Below are positions 8,123 to 17,273 of a stretch of 64,000 nt of DNA, in pieces (within the stretch, counting starts at the first letter, position 1; the number at the start of each line of letters is the position of its first letter). The notes under the pieces are model-generated. The model saw only the letters and a list, made by a program, of their open reading frames with translations. It ran no database searches and was not told the DNA's origin. Location: sequence record NC_048046.1; one strand, 5' to 3'. The position numbers and the translations under genes were made by a program.

Positions 8123-10486
8123 TTAGTGCGTATCAGCCCACCGCATGCCGAACTTCACGTCGACGTCGACAGGGCAGCGGAAACCGAACTGCATGCCGGC
8201 GTCGTACGCGGCCTGCTTGATGTTGCGCTCGCAGATTTCCATGATCTCCGGATCATCGCGGACGGCGACCTGGAGTTCGTCGTGAATCCACGCCAGGATG
8301 GCGAAGTGGCCGTCCCAGCCGTGGATCAAGCCATCTTCCACGCAGTAGTCGTAGAAGTTGACGCACCACTGCTTCGCGATCGTAGCGCCGGCGCCTTGCA
8401 GCAGCGTGTTGAGCGCGGCGTGCTGGGCTCGGACGAACAGCTTGCGGCCGTCGAGGGCATCCAGCATGCCAGACTTGGCCTCGCGCTGGATGTTCTTGAC
8501 GACTTGCCCCAGAGCGGGAATGCGCGTCATCAGGCGGCGGCGCATTTCGGCCCCGACGCGCTTGGCTTCCTGTGGCTTCATCGCCAGCGCCGGGTCGATG
8601 ACGGTGCCCAGCTTGAAGTCCTGAGCGCCGTAGATCAGGGCGTAGATGAAGGTCTTGGCGGTGTCACGGCTCTGGAGTTCCAGAGCGGCCGTGTGCAGGT
8701 CGTGGGGGTCGGAGTCTACGACCAGCTTGGCGTAGACGCCGTTGTCGAACTCCGCCATGAAGTGGCCGAGCGCGCGCAGTTCGATGCCCTTCTGGTCAGC
8801 ACCCATGAGCTTCCAGCCCTCGGGCACGTAGAACAGATTACGGCAATCGAAGCCATGGTCGCCGATGCGACCCTTCAACATCTGCTTCTTGGTCTCGACC
8901 TTGCCCTCGGCGTCCAGCACGTATTCGCCGTGCTCGTCGCGCTTGGGCTTACCGAACAACTGCTTGCCATCCGGGCCGCAAAGCGGCGTCAGGTTCTCGT
9001 CGAAATACTCCTCGCCGTTCTCATCGACGCGCGTGATGCCGTAGATGATCTTGCCCATGCGGAAGCGGACTTCGACGTTGGCTTCCACCCACTGCGCCAG
9101 CTTCTTGAAGACGACGCGCGGGACCTGGGCGATGTTCGGATCGCTATGCGATGCGCGATTCGTGACTGTACCGCCCACGTTGAAACGCGGATGGATGCAG
9201 CCGTCGTTACGCTCCATCGCCTTGCCGATCCAGCCGTTCTTGCCGTCGACAAGCTGTCCGAGGCGCTTGTTGAGATAGAAGAGTTCGGCCAGTTCGTCGC
9301 AGATCGAGATGGTGTGGGCGAGGTCGCGCAGGACTTCGTCGTTAACGGCGGGGCGGCCGGTCTCGGTGAAGTCCTGCGGCTCCCACAGGTAGTTGAACTT
9401 CAGGCGGTCGATGATCTGTTCGCGGCTGCCGGGGTTGAAGGTGGTCAGTTCCACGGGGCAGTACGGACAGCCCTCGGTGCGGTCGCCGCCCTTGGACCAG
9501 TCCTTGAACTTGATCGACTTCTTCGGAACCGTGATGTCGGCCCAGGCTTCGCGCGAGTTGTCCTCGCCGTATTCGGTCTGCGGACGATAGGCGACCTTGG
9601 CCTTCAGGGGCTTTCCGTCGTCGCCGAGCACAGGCTGTCCGGCATCGTTCAAGACCGGCGTCGTGTATTCCTTGCCGATGACCTTCCGCTTGGACGGAAT
9701 CCACCACTGGCCGAAGTGCTCTACGGCCTTGGCCTCCTTGACCTCGACTTCGGCGCGCAGTTCGGCTTCCAGGACGCGGGCGGCGTCGATGTCGAACGGG
9801 AAGCCGTTGTCGGTGACCTCGGCCATCAGCGCGTGAATGCGATGCTCCAGCGTGATCGCATCGTCCGAGTGCCGGCGCGGGTTGGCGACCATCAGGTGCC
9901 AGAGGGCCTCGTTGACGTTCAAGTCCTGAACGCAGTAGTCCTCCATCTCCTGGTTCCATTCGGACCAAACGAGACGGGTGACTTCGTCCTTGGCGAGGCC
10001 AGGGAACTTGGCCTTGATCTCCTCGGCCTTCGCCTTGGAGTAGTCGCCCTTATGAAGGCCCAGGCGCTGACCCCAGGCTTCCAGGCCGTGACGCCCGATC
10101 TGCCCGCCATCCAGTTCGCCGCGCTTCCAGCGGCGGAAGTCGCGCTCCTTCTCGTCGGCGAAGAACACACGGCTCAGCACCATCGTGTCGCGGATCAGAG
10201 CATTGACCTGGAACTCCGGATAGAAGAGTTCCAGCGCCGGGATATCGAACTCGACGATGTTGTGACCGACGAGCACCTCGGCCTCGTTCAGCATCTGGAT
10301 GCCGCGCGGGATGGTGTTCGTGCGCTTGTTCTGGCGGAAGACGTAGGTCTGGCGCGTGTCCAGGTCGCGGATCGCGAGGATATGGACACGCGACTTCACG
10401 GGGTCGTCGCGGTTGGCGCGCAGGTAGTCGAGGAGGCCGGTCGTCTCGATATCAAAGAGGAACCGGCGGCCGGCTGGGATGAACAT
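8123..10486 (-). CDS. polA: family A (T7-like) DNA polymerase with 3'-5' exonuclease
   Basis: FDIETTG exo I, GHNIVEFD exo II, motif A DQKGIELR, motif B KTFIYALIYG, motif C IHDELQ. Confidence 0.95.
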   Translation of the reverse strand: MFIPAGRRFLFDIETTGLLDYLRANRDDPVKSRVHILAIRDLDTRQTYVFRQNKRTNTIPRGIQMLNEAEVLVGHNIVEFDIPALELFYPEFQVNALIRDTMVLSRVFFADEKERDFRRWKRGELDGGQIGRHGLEAWGQRLGLHKGDYSKAKAEEIKAKFPGLAKDEVTRLVWSEWNQEMEDYCVQDLNVNEALWHLMVANPRRHSDDAITLEHRIHALMAEVTDNGFPFDIDAARVLEAELRAEVEVKEAKAVEHFGQWWIPSKRKVIGKEYTTPVLNDAGQPVLGDDGKPLKAKVAYRPQTEYGEDNSREAWADITVPKKSIKFKDWSKGGDRTEGCPYCPVELTTFNPGSREQIIDRLKFNYLWEPQDFTETGRPAVNDEVLRDLAHTISICDELAELFYLNKRLGQLVDGKNGWIGKAMERNDGCIHPRFNVGGTVTNRASHSDPNIAQVPRVVFKKLAQWVEANVEVRFRMGKIIYGITRVDENGEEYFDENLTPLCGPDGKQLFGKPKRDEHGEYVLDAEGKVETKKQMLKGRIGDHGFDCRNLFYVPEGWKLMGADQKGIELRALGHFMAEFDNGVYAKLVVDSDPHDLHTAALELQSRDTAKTFIYALIYGAQDFKLGTVIDPALAMKPQEAKRVGAEMRRRLMTRIPALGQVVKNIQREAKSGMLDALDGRKLFVRAQHAALNTLLQGAGATIAKQWCVNFYDYCVEDGLIHGWDGHFAILAWIHDELQVAVRDDPEIMEICERNIKQAAYDAGMQFGFRCPVDVDVKFGMRWADTH

Positions 10487-11526
10487 TAGGCGCGAGCCTC
10501 ATGAAGGGCGCGGGCCACGCGTTCGCCGATGAAGCGCACGACGGGGACCGCCAGCGAATTGCCGATGGCGAAGAGACGTTGATCGCGGGTGGCACCGGGA
10601 ATGTCGGTGTAGCCGGGCGGCATGCCCATCAGCACCTCGCACTCCTCGGGCGAGATCACGCGGATGTCGTAGCGATCGGCGCCGCGATCCTTGGCGAGGA
10701 CGTAGGCCTTCGACGATCCGCCGCCGGTGGTGCGCAGGCAGTTCGACAGGGTGTCGCCCTGTTCAGCCTGTTCACCTTGGAAGCCCTTGATCAGTCGGCC
10801 ACGGAAGGCGATACGATAGGCCGGGGCTTCAGCCCCTCCATCAGTTCCGGGGACAGATTCCGTCCAGCGCTCTTCGCGTTCGCCAGCAGCTTCGCCTTCC
10901 GATCGTTGCTCAAATAGGATGTCTCGGGGATCGATTCCGCCACGAGGGCACGCTGCAACGTAGAGGCGCGGGCGAGATTGGGCGCAACCGAAGTGTTGAG
11001 CGTCCAGGAGTCGCCATGCAATGGACCGCTTCGGCCCAAGCACGTAACCAGCGTTCGACCACCGAGACCCTGGCGGTCCTGGCGGGACGAGGGCGTCACC
11101 AAATTCTCCGCAGAGTTGAGCGAGGAATTGTCCGAAGGCGTTTTTGTCATCAGTGAGGAGGCCCTTGACGTTCTCGAAGATAAAGACCGGCGGGTCGATC
11201 TCATCGACGATACGCAGGCCGGCGAGGGTGAGGATGCCGCGCGAGCCGTCCAGGCCCTTCTTCTTGCCCGCTTCACTGAAGTCTTGGCAAGGGAAGGAAG
11301 CCCACAGCGCGTCAATCAGGCCACGATAGGGATAGCCGTCGATTTGCAGGATATCGCCCAGGTTCGGGACCGTGGGGTGACGCACCTTGAGGAAGCGCGA
11401 GGGGAACGCGGCGTTGTCGGCGACGAAGCGCGGTTCGTCCTCGAACCCGAGGCCCTTGAAGGCCAGGGAGGGGACTTCCACGCCCGAGCAGAGCGTACCG
11501 AGAGTGAGGAGAGGGAAGGTGGTCAT
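10486..11526 (-). CDS. DNA cytosine-5 methyltransferase
   Basis: FPCQDFS (motif IV), FENV (VI), QSRPRLY (VIII), GNSLAVPV (X). Confidence 0.9.
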   Translation of the reverse strand: MTTFPLLTLGTLCSGVEVPSLAFKGLGFEDEPRFVADNAAFPSRFLKVRHPTVPNLGDILQIDGYPYRGLIDALWASFPCQDFSEAGKKKGLDGSRGILTLAGLRIVDEIDPPVFIFENVKGLLTDDKNAFGQFLAQLCGEFGDALVPPGPPGSRWSNAGYVLGPKRSIAWRLLDAQHFGCAQSRPRLYVAACPRGGIDPRDILFEQRSEGEAAGEREERWTESVPGTDGGAEAPAYRIAFRGRLIKGFQGEQAEQGDTLSNCLRTTGGGSSKAYVLAKDRGADRYDIRVISPEECEVLMGMPPGYTDIPGATRDQRLFAIGNSLAVPVVRFIGERVARALHEARA

Positions 11527-11536
11527 CGGGGCCGGT

Positions 11537-11565
11537 ATGGTTAACGGGTGCCAGGATTCCTGTCA
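11537..11565 (-). promoter_or_regulatory. promoter with CtrA half-site and 17-bp palindrome
   Basis: ATGGTTAAC 11537-11545; TGCCAGGATTCCTGTCA 11549-11565; upstream of the MTase-polA operon. Confidence 0.6.
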
Positions 11566-11585
11566 AGTCGGTGACAGGCAGACCG

Positions 11586-12356
11586 TCACTGAATCTTGCC
11601 GGGCCAAACCTTGTCCGCGTAGTGCAGCAGCTTCTCGACGAACGATTGCTTGGCCGATCCGGAGACGAAGAAGGTCAGCCCCGTCGGCCAGCCGGAAGGC
11701 AGGCCCAGAAACTGGAGCGGCGCGTCCATCATCGTGAAGTGGTGGGCGACGAAGGGCGCGACCTCGTTCCACGCCAGAGCGTAGGTGTGCTCGCCGAACC
11801 GACGATGGTTGTTTTCGTCGTAGAAGCCCAGGCCCAGGCGAATCTTGTTCAGGTCCGCATCGAACGCCATCCAGACGAACCGGCCGTCGTTCAGGTTCGC
11901 GTCCTCTACTTCCCAATCCAGAGGATGAGGGAAGACCGCGAGCTTGACGTTGCGGAGCGCGGCGGCGAACTTCTTGCGGAAGCCCTCCTGGTCCAGGCGC
12001 GCAGCGTCCTGGGCGACGAGGTACTGGCCCACGTACAGCGGGATGTACTGATGCGTCAGCAACTGCTCGTGGAAGTTGACGTCCATGGTCGATGAGAACG
12101 GATGGATGCGCGGGCGCTTCTCATCCACCAGTTCGAAGCCGCCTCCGTTTTCGAGCCACTCGGCGAGCGGCTCAATATGGAACTCGTGGACGTTAGGTCC
12201 GGCGATGTGGGCGCGCTGGAGGCCGGTCTTCGTCTCGTTCCCAAAGCCAATCTGGATGTGATTGGCCTCAGTGAAGTGGAGCGCGTAGATGAAGGAGGTG
12301 GAGACGCGCGCCGATTGGATCAGCACGCGCTCGTAACCGTCGAGGGTATCGCTCAC
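11586..12356 (-). CDS. hypothetical protein (about 256 aa, GTG start at 12356)
   Basis: GTGA overlap with upstream stop; the longer track ORF start lies inside the upstream gene. Confidence 0.65.
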   Translation of the reverse strand: MSDTLDGYERVLIQSARVSTSFIYALHFTEANHIQIGFGNETKTGLQRAHIAGPNVHEFHIEPLAEWLENGGGFELVDEKRPRIHPFSSTMDVNFHEQLLTHQYIPLYVGQYLVAQDAARLDQEGFRKKFAAALRNVKLAVFPHPLDWEVEDANLNDGRFVWMAFDADLNKIRLGLGFYDENNHRRFGEHTYALAWNEVAPFVAHHFTMMDAPLQFLGLPSGWPTGLTFFVSGSAKQSFVEKLLHYADKVWPGKIQ

Positions 12357-14140
12357 AGGCGCCACTTTCCGTTGTTCATGGTGATGATGGCGCGCTTCCC
12401 GTTCGCGTAGGTCACAATGTGACTCTGCGACCAGGACGACAGGCCCTTGTTGTAGCCCATGTCCAGGTTGGAAGACGTGCCGGCGGTGTAGATGCCGTCG
12501 CGGATTTCGCAGGAGTGCGTATGCCCCGTCGACGCCTTCGGCCCCATCTTGGTGAAGGCATGCGGAGAACCGCGAGCCCCGTTGGCGCCGAGGTGACCGT
12601 GCATGCCCTTCTCGATGCCTAGGACCATGAAGCTCTCGTCCTCGCGGAGGAACTTCACGCCGGCGCACTTGTACTCGTCGAATTGCTGCGTCAGCACGTG
12701 CTCGAAGATCGAGAAGTTCGGCTGCTTAGTGCGGATTGCGCGATAGGACGCTAGCGAGCACTCCAGGTAAAACTCGGCGTTGAGCGGGTCCGACTTGAAA
12801 TCGGCGTCCTTCAGCCAGCGCTTCAGCGCGAGATCGTGGTTCGACTCGACGATGACCGTCTCGCAGAAATCACGCTTCGTGGAGTCGATAAAGTAGGCGA
12901 CCTCACGCATCTCGCTTTCGACCGAGTCCACGCCGGCGACGAACAGCGCGTACATGTGGTGAGGGTCGCGAATGTTGTGGTGATTCCGCGATTGGAAGTC
13001 GGCCACGTCGTGGAAGAACTGGTACTTGGGGCGCAGCACGTCGATCAACGGCGTGTCCGTCAAACGTGACTCTCGGAGATCAAGCCAAACGCGCGTACCG
13101 TTGGCGCCCTTCTGCTTCGTAGGCTCGATGCCAAAGCAGGCCGACGAGACAACCGGATCGATCTGGGCCACGTGCAGGTCGCCCCAATTGATCGCTTCGA
13201 TGCGATGATCGTGGGTGACCTCGGCGACGTTCTTGAACTGGAGGTAGTCGTCCGGGAACGACATGCGTTCGCCATCTTCCCAGAAACGATCCTTGGCAGA
13301 CTGCTTCTCGTCAAGACGCGCGAAATACTCGTCCTCCGTCAGCGGTACCTTGGTCATCTCGACGCGGGTGTCCAGGTCGTAGAAAGACCCGTCGGTTTCG
13401 CCGAGTAGGTGACGGCAGAAGAACGTACCGTCGGCTGCGATCTCGACCAGCACCGCGCCCAGGGCGTGGTGAAACGAGGCTTCGATGCCGGCGCGCATGG
13501 GGATGTAGTTGGGCTTGGTGATCGCGCCCGTCGTCATGATGATCTTGGCCGGCGAGTGCTTCATCGTCGGGATCGAGCGCAGTTGCACCTTGGCGTGTGG
13601 GATGATGCCCCAGCGGTGGCGCGTGTAGGTCTCGAAGCCAGTCAGCGGCGTCTTCGCGGTGGGGCGCGTGTTCATTTCGCCGCAGAAGTCGATGCCGTCG
13701 CCGAGGCGAATGCGCTCTTGAACGCGGTACTGGTTGATCCAGGGGTGCCAGTACGGCACCTTCTTGGGATCGGTGTTGCCGAACAGCTTCTTGCTGTAGG
13801 TGAAGCCGGCGACGATCAGTTCGCACGGGCCTAGCGCCAGAAGGCTGTCACGATAGGCCTCCAGGGCGGCAAGGAACTCGTAATGGAGTTCGGTGCTCTC
13901 CTGCGCCGACGTCAGGATGAACCGAGCGACCGGAGCCTTAATCGAACGCACCGTGGTCGACGGCGCCGGGCGATGGGAGAAGCCGCCCTCGGCCGCCTTG
14001 GCGAGGCGGAGTTGAAGGGTGGAGCGAGGCACGCCATACTTGCGAGAGAAGGCGCGTTGCCCGCCGATCTTGTTGACCAGTTCGGCCAGCTTGTCGGGGG
14101 TGACCGAATCGAGGTCGAAGGTCGGGGACTTAGCCGGCAT
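12353..14140 (-). CDS. HTH plus calcineurin-like metallophosphoesterase-domain protein
   Basis: N-terminal RAFSRKYGVPRSTL HTH; WGDLH, HDVADF, ESNHD, HGH, GHTHS metal-binding motifs. Confidence 0.7.
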   Translation of the reverse strand: MPAKSPTFDLDSVTPDKLAELVNKIGGQRAFSRKYGVPRSTLQLRLAKAAEGGFSHRPAPSTTVRSIKAPVARFILTSAQESTELHYEFLAALEAYRDSLLALGPCELIVAGFTYSKKLFGNTDPKKVPYWHPWINQYRVQERIRLGDGIDFCGEMNTRPTAKTPLTGFETYTRHRWGIIPHAKVQLRSIPTMKHSPAKIIMTTGAITKPNYIPMRAGIEASFHHALGAVLVEIAADGTFFCRHLLGETDGSFYDLDTRVEMTKVPLTEDEYFARLDEKQSAKDRFWEDGERMSFPDDYLQFKNVAEVTHDHRIEAINWGDLHVAQIDPVVSSACFGIEPTKQKGANGTRVWLDLRESRLTDTPLIDVLRPKYQFFHDVADFQSRNHHNIRDPHHMYALFVAGVDSVESEMREVAYFIDSTKRDFCETVIVESNHDLALKRWLKDADFKSDPLNAEFYLECSLASYRAIRTKQPNFSIFEHVLTQQFDEYKCAGVKFLREDESFMVLGIEKGMHGHLGANGARGSPHAFTKMGPKASTGHTHSCEIRDGIYTAGTSSNLDMGYNKGLSSWSQSHIVTYANGKRAIITMNNGKWRL

Positions 14141-14885
14141 AGAACATCTCAGCCTTGGCGTGGGGGAGCGTCACGGCCTTCTGCCAGTCCCACACGTAGA
14201 ACGCGTAGGAGAAGCGAGGGCTCGCGGACTTTTCGCCTTCCTTCTTCTCGACCCAGACCGGGCGGAAGCGCAGGGTAATCTTGGCGGCGAAGGCGGGGTG
14301 GTCGATCAGATCAGCGCGTCCCTTGGCGGCGTCCCACTCGTGGCGCATCAGGAAGGCGACGTAGCCGTGCTGCGCTTCCATCAGTTCGAGGGCCTTGCGG
14401 ACCGCGCGATCGGTGTCCTTGCCGTAGGGCGGGTTGGAGATGATGCAGTCGGGCGTGAAGCCCAGCATCTCGGTGATCTCCGAGAACGGGCGCGGGCGGA
14501 CTGGTGTGGGCTCGGAGCCCAACCAGACGCCGTCGTCGCCGGTGTTCTTGTCGATCAGGCGCTCCCAGGCGGCCAGGGCGCTGTCAAACGCCTCGCCGTC
14601 CGGGTAGATGCTGAAGAAATCGACCAGACCGTTCGCGTCGAACCCGTCGTAAGCGAAGATGTCGGTGGCGCCGGCGGCGCGGCAGAAGTTCTTGATGATG
14701 TTGTAGATGGCTCCGTTACCTGCGAACGGCTCCCAGAATTGCATCGCCTCCAGATCATCCTCCACGACCGAGACGAATGCGTTCGTCGCTCGGGCGGGGG
14801 TCGGGTAGAAATCAAGAGCCGCACGCTCGTAGTTCGTGCCGCCCAGCATGGAAGGGTCCTTACGACCCGTGTCGGTGATAGCCAT
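14130..14885 (-). CDS. DNA N6-adenine/N4-cytosine methyltransferase
   Basis: DFYPTP, WEPFAGNG (motif I) and SNPPY (motif IV); start placed at 14885 because 14933 lies within the promoter. Confidence 0.75.
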   Translation of the reverse strand: MAITDTGRKDPSMLGGTNYERAALDFYPTPARATNAFVSVVEDDLEAMQFWEPFAGNGAIYNIIKNFCRAAGATDIFAYDGFDANGLVDFFSIYPDGEAFDSALAAWERLIDKNTGDDGVWLGSEPTPVRPRPFSEITEMLGFTPDCIISNPPYGKDTDRAVRKALELMEAQHGYVAFLMRHEWDAAKGRADLIDHPAFAAKITLRFRPVWVEKKEGEKSASPRFSYAFYVWDWQKAVTLPHAKAEMFYAG

Positions 14886-14900
14886 GCCGGGATAACTGGC

Positions 14901-14975
14901 ATGGTTAACCGAAAGCGTCAAGAATCCTGGCATTTCTCTCCAGGCTTGACCGTTAAGGCCCTTATGGATAAGGAA
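14901..14975. promoter_or_regulatory. divergent promoter region between the replication module and the ncRNA island
   Basis: ATGGTTAAC 14901-14909, palindrome CGTCAAGAATCCTGGCA 14916-14932 (minus TTGACG), plus-strand TTGACC at 14946. Confidence 0.55.
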
Positions 14976-15170
14976 TAATCAACCGAGGCGGGTCCACCAC
15001 ACCAACCGCGTGCCTCACGCTCTGCGCGCGAATTGACCGTAACTCGAAATCGCCGGCGCCTCAGGTGGAGGAGGTCAAGGCAATGGGCGAAGGACGGGCG
15101 CGGCGAGCGTATAATCGAGGCCGGCTAAAGCTCCTGGGAGTGTAGGTGTCCTGCCACCGTTCCCACGATG

Positions 15171-15249
15171 CACGGGATCGACAGGTCCGTGTGACGCGAA
15201 CGCCGGCCGAGAACAGACGACAAGGCGTGACGCCCGGAGAGAGTGCCGG
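15171..15249 (+). ncRNA. repeated structured RNA module, copy 1
   Basis: CACGG/CCGTG helix, TGACGCGAACGCCGGCCGA, GGCGTGACG, CCGG-AGAGAGTG-CCGG hairpin. Confidence 0.7.
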
Positions 15250-15374
15250 ACTTCTTGACACGACGACCTAGATCGGAGACACCTTGGGTCGACTAGGGGA
15301 CCTGGGGTGGTGCGAATTGGCTTCCACCTACAGTCATCTGGCAGCCTTTGGGACCCCAGGCTGTCGGGCTCAAC

Positions 15375-15473
15375 GGTGATGAGATGCCAACGGCTGGCTG
15401 GAATGCCGAATTCACCTGACGCGAACGCCGGCCGAGACGATACGACCAGGGCGTGACGGGGGCCAGAGGCCTC
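15375..15473 (+). ncRNA. repeated structured RNA module, copy 2
   Basis: GGTGA/TCACC helix, same 19-nt core at 15417, GGGGCC-AGA-GGCCTC hairpin. Confidence 0.7.
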
Positions 15474-15642
15474 GATCCTTTACTTGACCGGTGCCAAGAG
15501 TTCTGGCATCCAGACTGTGATTTCTCAGGGGCCTCGGTTTCTGAGGGACCTAATCAGGCGATCGTGACCGTCTCAATGGTGCTGTCCAGCGAGAAGATCG
15601 TGAGCCCGCGTATGAGATGTCATTTACGCGCGGGACACCCAT

Positions 15643-15728
15643 GGTGGTAGGGAGCCGCTGAGTGGCCCACCTGACGCGAACGCCGGCCGAAAAGTACGAT
15701 CAGGCGTGACGATGGGGAGAGAACCCAT
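15643..15728 (+). ncRNA. repeated structured RNA module, copy 3
   Basis: GGTGG/CCACC helix, core at 15672, ATGGG-GAGAGAA-CCCAT hairpin. Confidence 0.7.
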
Positions 15729-15770
15729 TCAACTTCCGCAGGCGGTCGAGGCCGTCGATTAGGAATTCAA

Positions 15771-16364
15771 ATGCCTACTACCATCGAAACGGACAACGTC
15801 CGTCGCGTGGACTACACCGTTCGCGCCCACATCACCTACTCCGTCCATGAACATGTCAGCCACGGGTCTTCCGGCTCGGAGCGTGAAATCGTACGCAGTG
15901 TGCCTCTGGGCGAGGCGCGCAGCATGGCGGAAATGCACGCAAAGGCGTCGACCGGACAGGTTAAGTTGCGTACGGTCGATGTCCAGGAGGACTACTATGG
16001 GGCGGACAGCCTGCCTTTGGGGCTCCAGCATGTGTTTCGGGAACTGCTTGAGCATCCCAACGGTACGAAGTGGGTGCTCTCGCGAGTAAATCCCCACACT
16101 GGACCGATGCTACGCATTCAACGTTACACGCCTCAGGAAATCCCTCTGACGCCGGCGCGTAATCCTTGGGATGAACTCACGGTCGCCCAAATGCGTCAGA
16201 CGCTCGTCGCCCTTCGTGCGCTGCCGTGGGAGGCTGCGAAGGCTCTGCGCCTTCAAGCCTATCAGGATCGCGACGTTCATTTTATCGAAGTGCTCAACCG
16301 CGCTGAGGTCGCCATGGACGTTATCGACCCGGCGCAGGTCAACGAATTGCGCCTGACGGACTAG
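15771..16364 (+). CDS. hypothetical protein (197 aa) embedded in the ncRNA island
   Basis: AGGA RBS at 15761, ATG, clean stop; the only CDS inside the RNA island. Confidence 0.75.
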   Translation: MPTTIETDNVRRVDYTVRAHITYSVHEHVSHGSSGSEREIVRSVPLGEARSMAEMHAKASTGQVKLRTVDVQEDYYGADSLPLGLQHVFRELLEHPNGTKWVLSRVNPHTGPMLRIQRYTPQEIPLTPARNPWDELTVAQMRQTLVALRALPWEAAKALRLQAYQDRDVHFIEVLNRAEVAMDVIDPAQVNELRLTD

Positions 16365-16511
16365 TTTCTTGACAAGAGGCGGTGCTGCGCATATCCAGAT
16401 CGGAGATGTCGCAGCACCGCTGCCGGCGACGTCCAGGGTGCTGTCCCTGGAATAACCGATCGGCTTGGAAGACAACTCCTTGGGGTAAGGACTGCTGAAC
16501 CCCTGACGGCT

Positions 16512-16595
16512 GACAGGCTCCGGGAGTCAATGTCCTGTCTGACGCGAACGCCGGCCGAGATTAGGCGACGAGGCGTGACGGGGGCCAGAGGCCCT
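16512..16595 (+). ncRNA. repeated structured RNA module, copy 4
   Basis: GACAGG/CCTGTC helix, core at 16540, GGGGCC-AGA-GGCCCT hairpin; ends 6 nt before the tRNA. Confidence 0.7.
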
Positions 16596-16601
16596 ACACC
16601 T

Positions 16602-16686
16602 GCTACGGTGGACTGAATGGTAAGGCGCGGGACTGCAAATCCTGTCGGCGAAAGCCTCGTGGGTTCGATTCCCACCCGTAGCTCCA
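16602..16686 (+). tRNA. tRNA with GCA (Cys) anticodon and long variable arm
   Basis: acceptor GCTACGG/CCGTAGC, U73, encoded CCA, anticodon loop CTGCAAA, V-arm GGC-GAAA-GCC, T-arm GTGGG-TTCGATT-CCCAC. Confidence 0.88.
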
Positions 16687-16715
16687 AAATTCCTGACATT
16701 TTTATGCCAGCCTGC

Positions 16716-16744
16716 TTGACAACTGAAAAGTCGTCCGGTACACA
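16716..16744 (+). promoter_or_regulatory. sigma70-like promoter of the tmRNA
   Basis: TTGACA-17 nt-TACACA; the -35 is the right half of the palindrome TGCCAGCCTGCTTGACA (16705-16721). Confidence 0.65.
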
Positions 16745-16750
16745 CTCCTC

Positions 16751-17175
16751 ATCGTCGTAATTCGGATGACGTGATTGGTGTCAAGACGCGGGTGCGATTC
16801 CCGCCGGCTCCACCAAAACCCCACCGGCCGACGCTTCGGCGTCACGACCTGCCCCAGCGACAGGTCGGTATCTGAACGGTACGGTGGGGTTCTGATGGGG
16901 CCGATCAGTTTCGATTGGCATTGAGAGTGAAGGACGCGACGTAGGGTGATCTCCTAGCCAAGGCTTCGGCTGAGGTAATTGGGTCAAACGCTGACAAATG
17001 TCAACGACAACGACGCTCCCGTGATGGAGCAACGTCTGGCGGCCTAAGGGCCTCCAGCGGCGCCCGGTGGGGGCGTGGCAACAGAACCCCACCACCCTGC
17101 TTCCGCAGCCGGAGGCGTTGGTACAGGGCGTTTCTGTCGGCAACCGTTTCGCCGCCTTTACGTCTCCGGCTACGA
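16751..17175 (+). ncRNA. ssrA: circularly permuted two-piece tmRNA (ends approximate)
   Basis: acceptor piece ending GCGGGTGCGATTCCCGCCGGCTCCACCA (16815) precedes the coding piece starting GGGGCCG (16897) with G3.U70; tag frame 17000-17047 VNDNDAPVMEQRLAA*. Confidence 0.9.
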
Positions 17176-17186
17176 AAACAGGTTTG

Positions 17187-17264
17187 GGGAGTAGTCCTCC
17201 GAGGGATCGGAGAATAACGCTCTCCGGGGAGGCGCCTGGGACCATCCAGCCCAGACCGTCTCCC
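17187..17264 (+). ncRNA. candidate multibranched structured RNA
   Basis: GGGAG/CTCCC closing stem, CCTCC/GGAGG, CGGAGA/TCTCCG and CTGGG/CCCAG helices. Confidence 0.45.
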
Positions 17265-17273
17265 GAATTTTAT

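Noticed and set aside
15192-16580. Repeated 19-nt core read as a CRISPR array
   Set aside because: Spacing of 225, 255 and 868 nt, only four exact copies, covarying flanks and no cas operon; the Cas4-like gene is a typical stand-alone phage exonuclease in the replication module
15192-16595. Repeated module as a hammerhead, HDV-like/theta ribozyme, SAM-SAH riboswitch or C/D-box K-turn
   Set aside because: Lacks CUGANGA/GAAA with a closed three-way junction; the minus-strand GTTCGCGT resembles an HDV L3 but P3 and P1 cannot form; SAM-SAH and K-turn pairings do not fit. Only loose resemblance is noted
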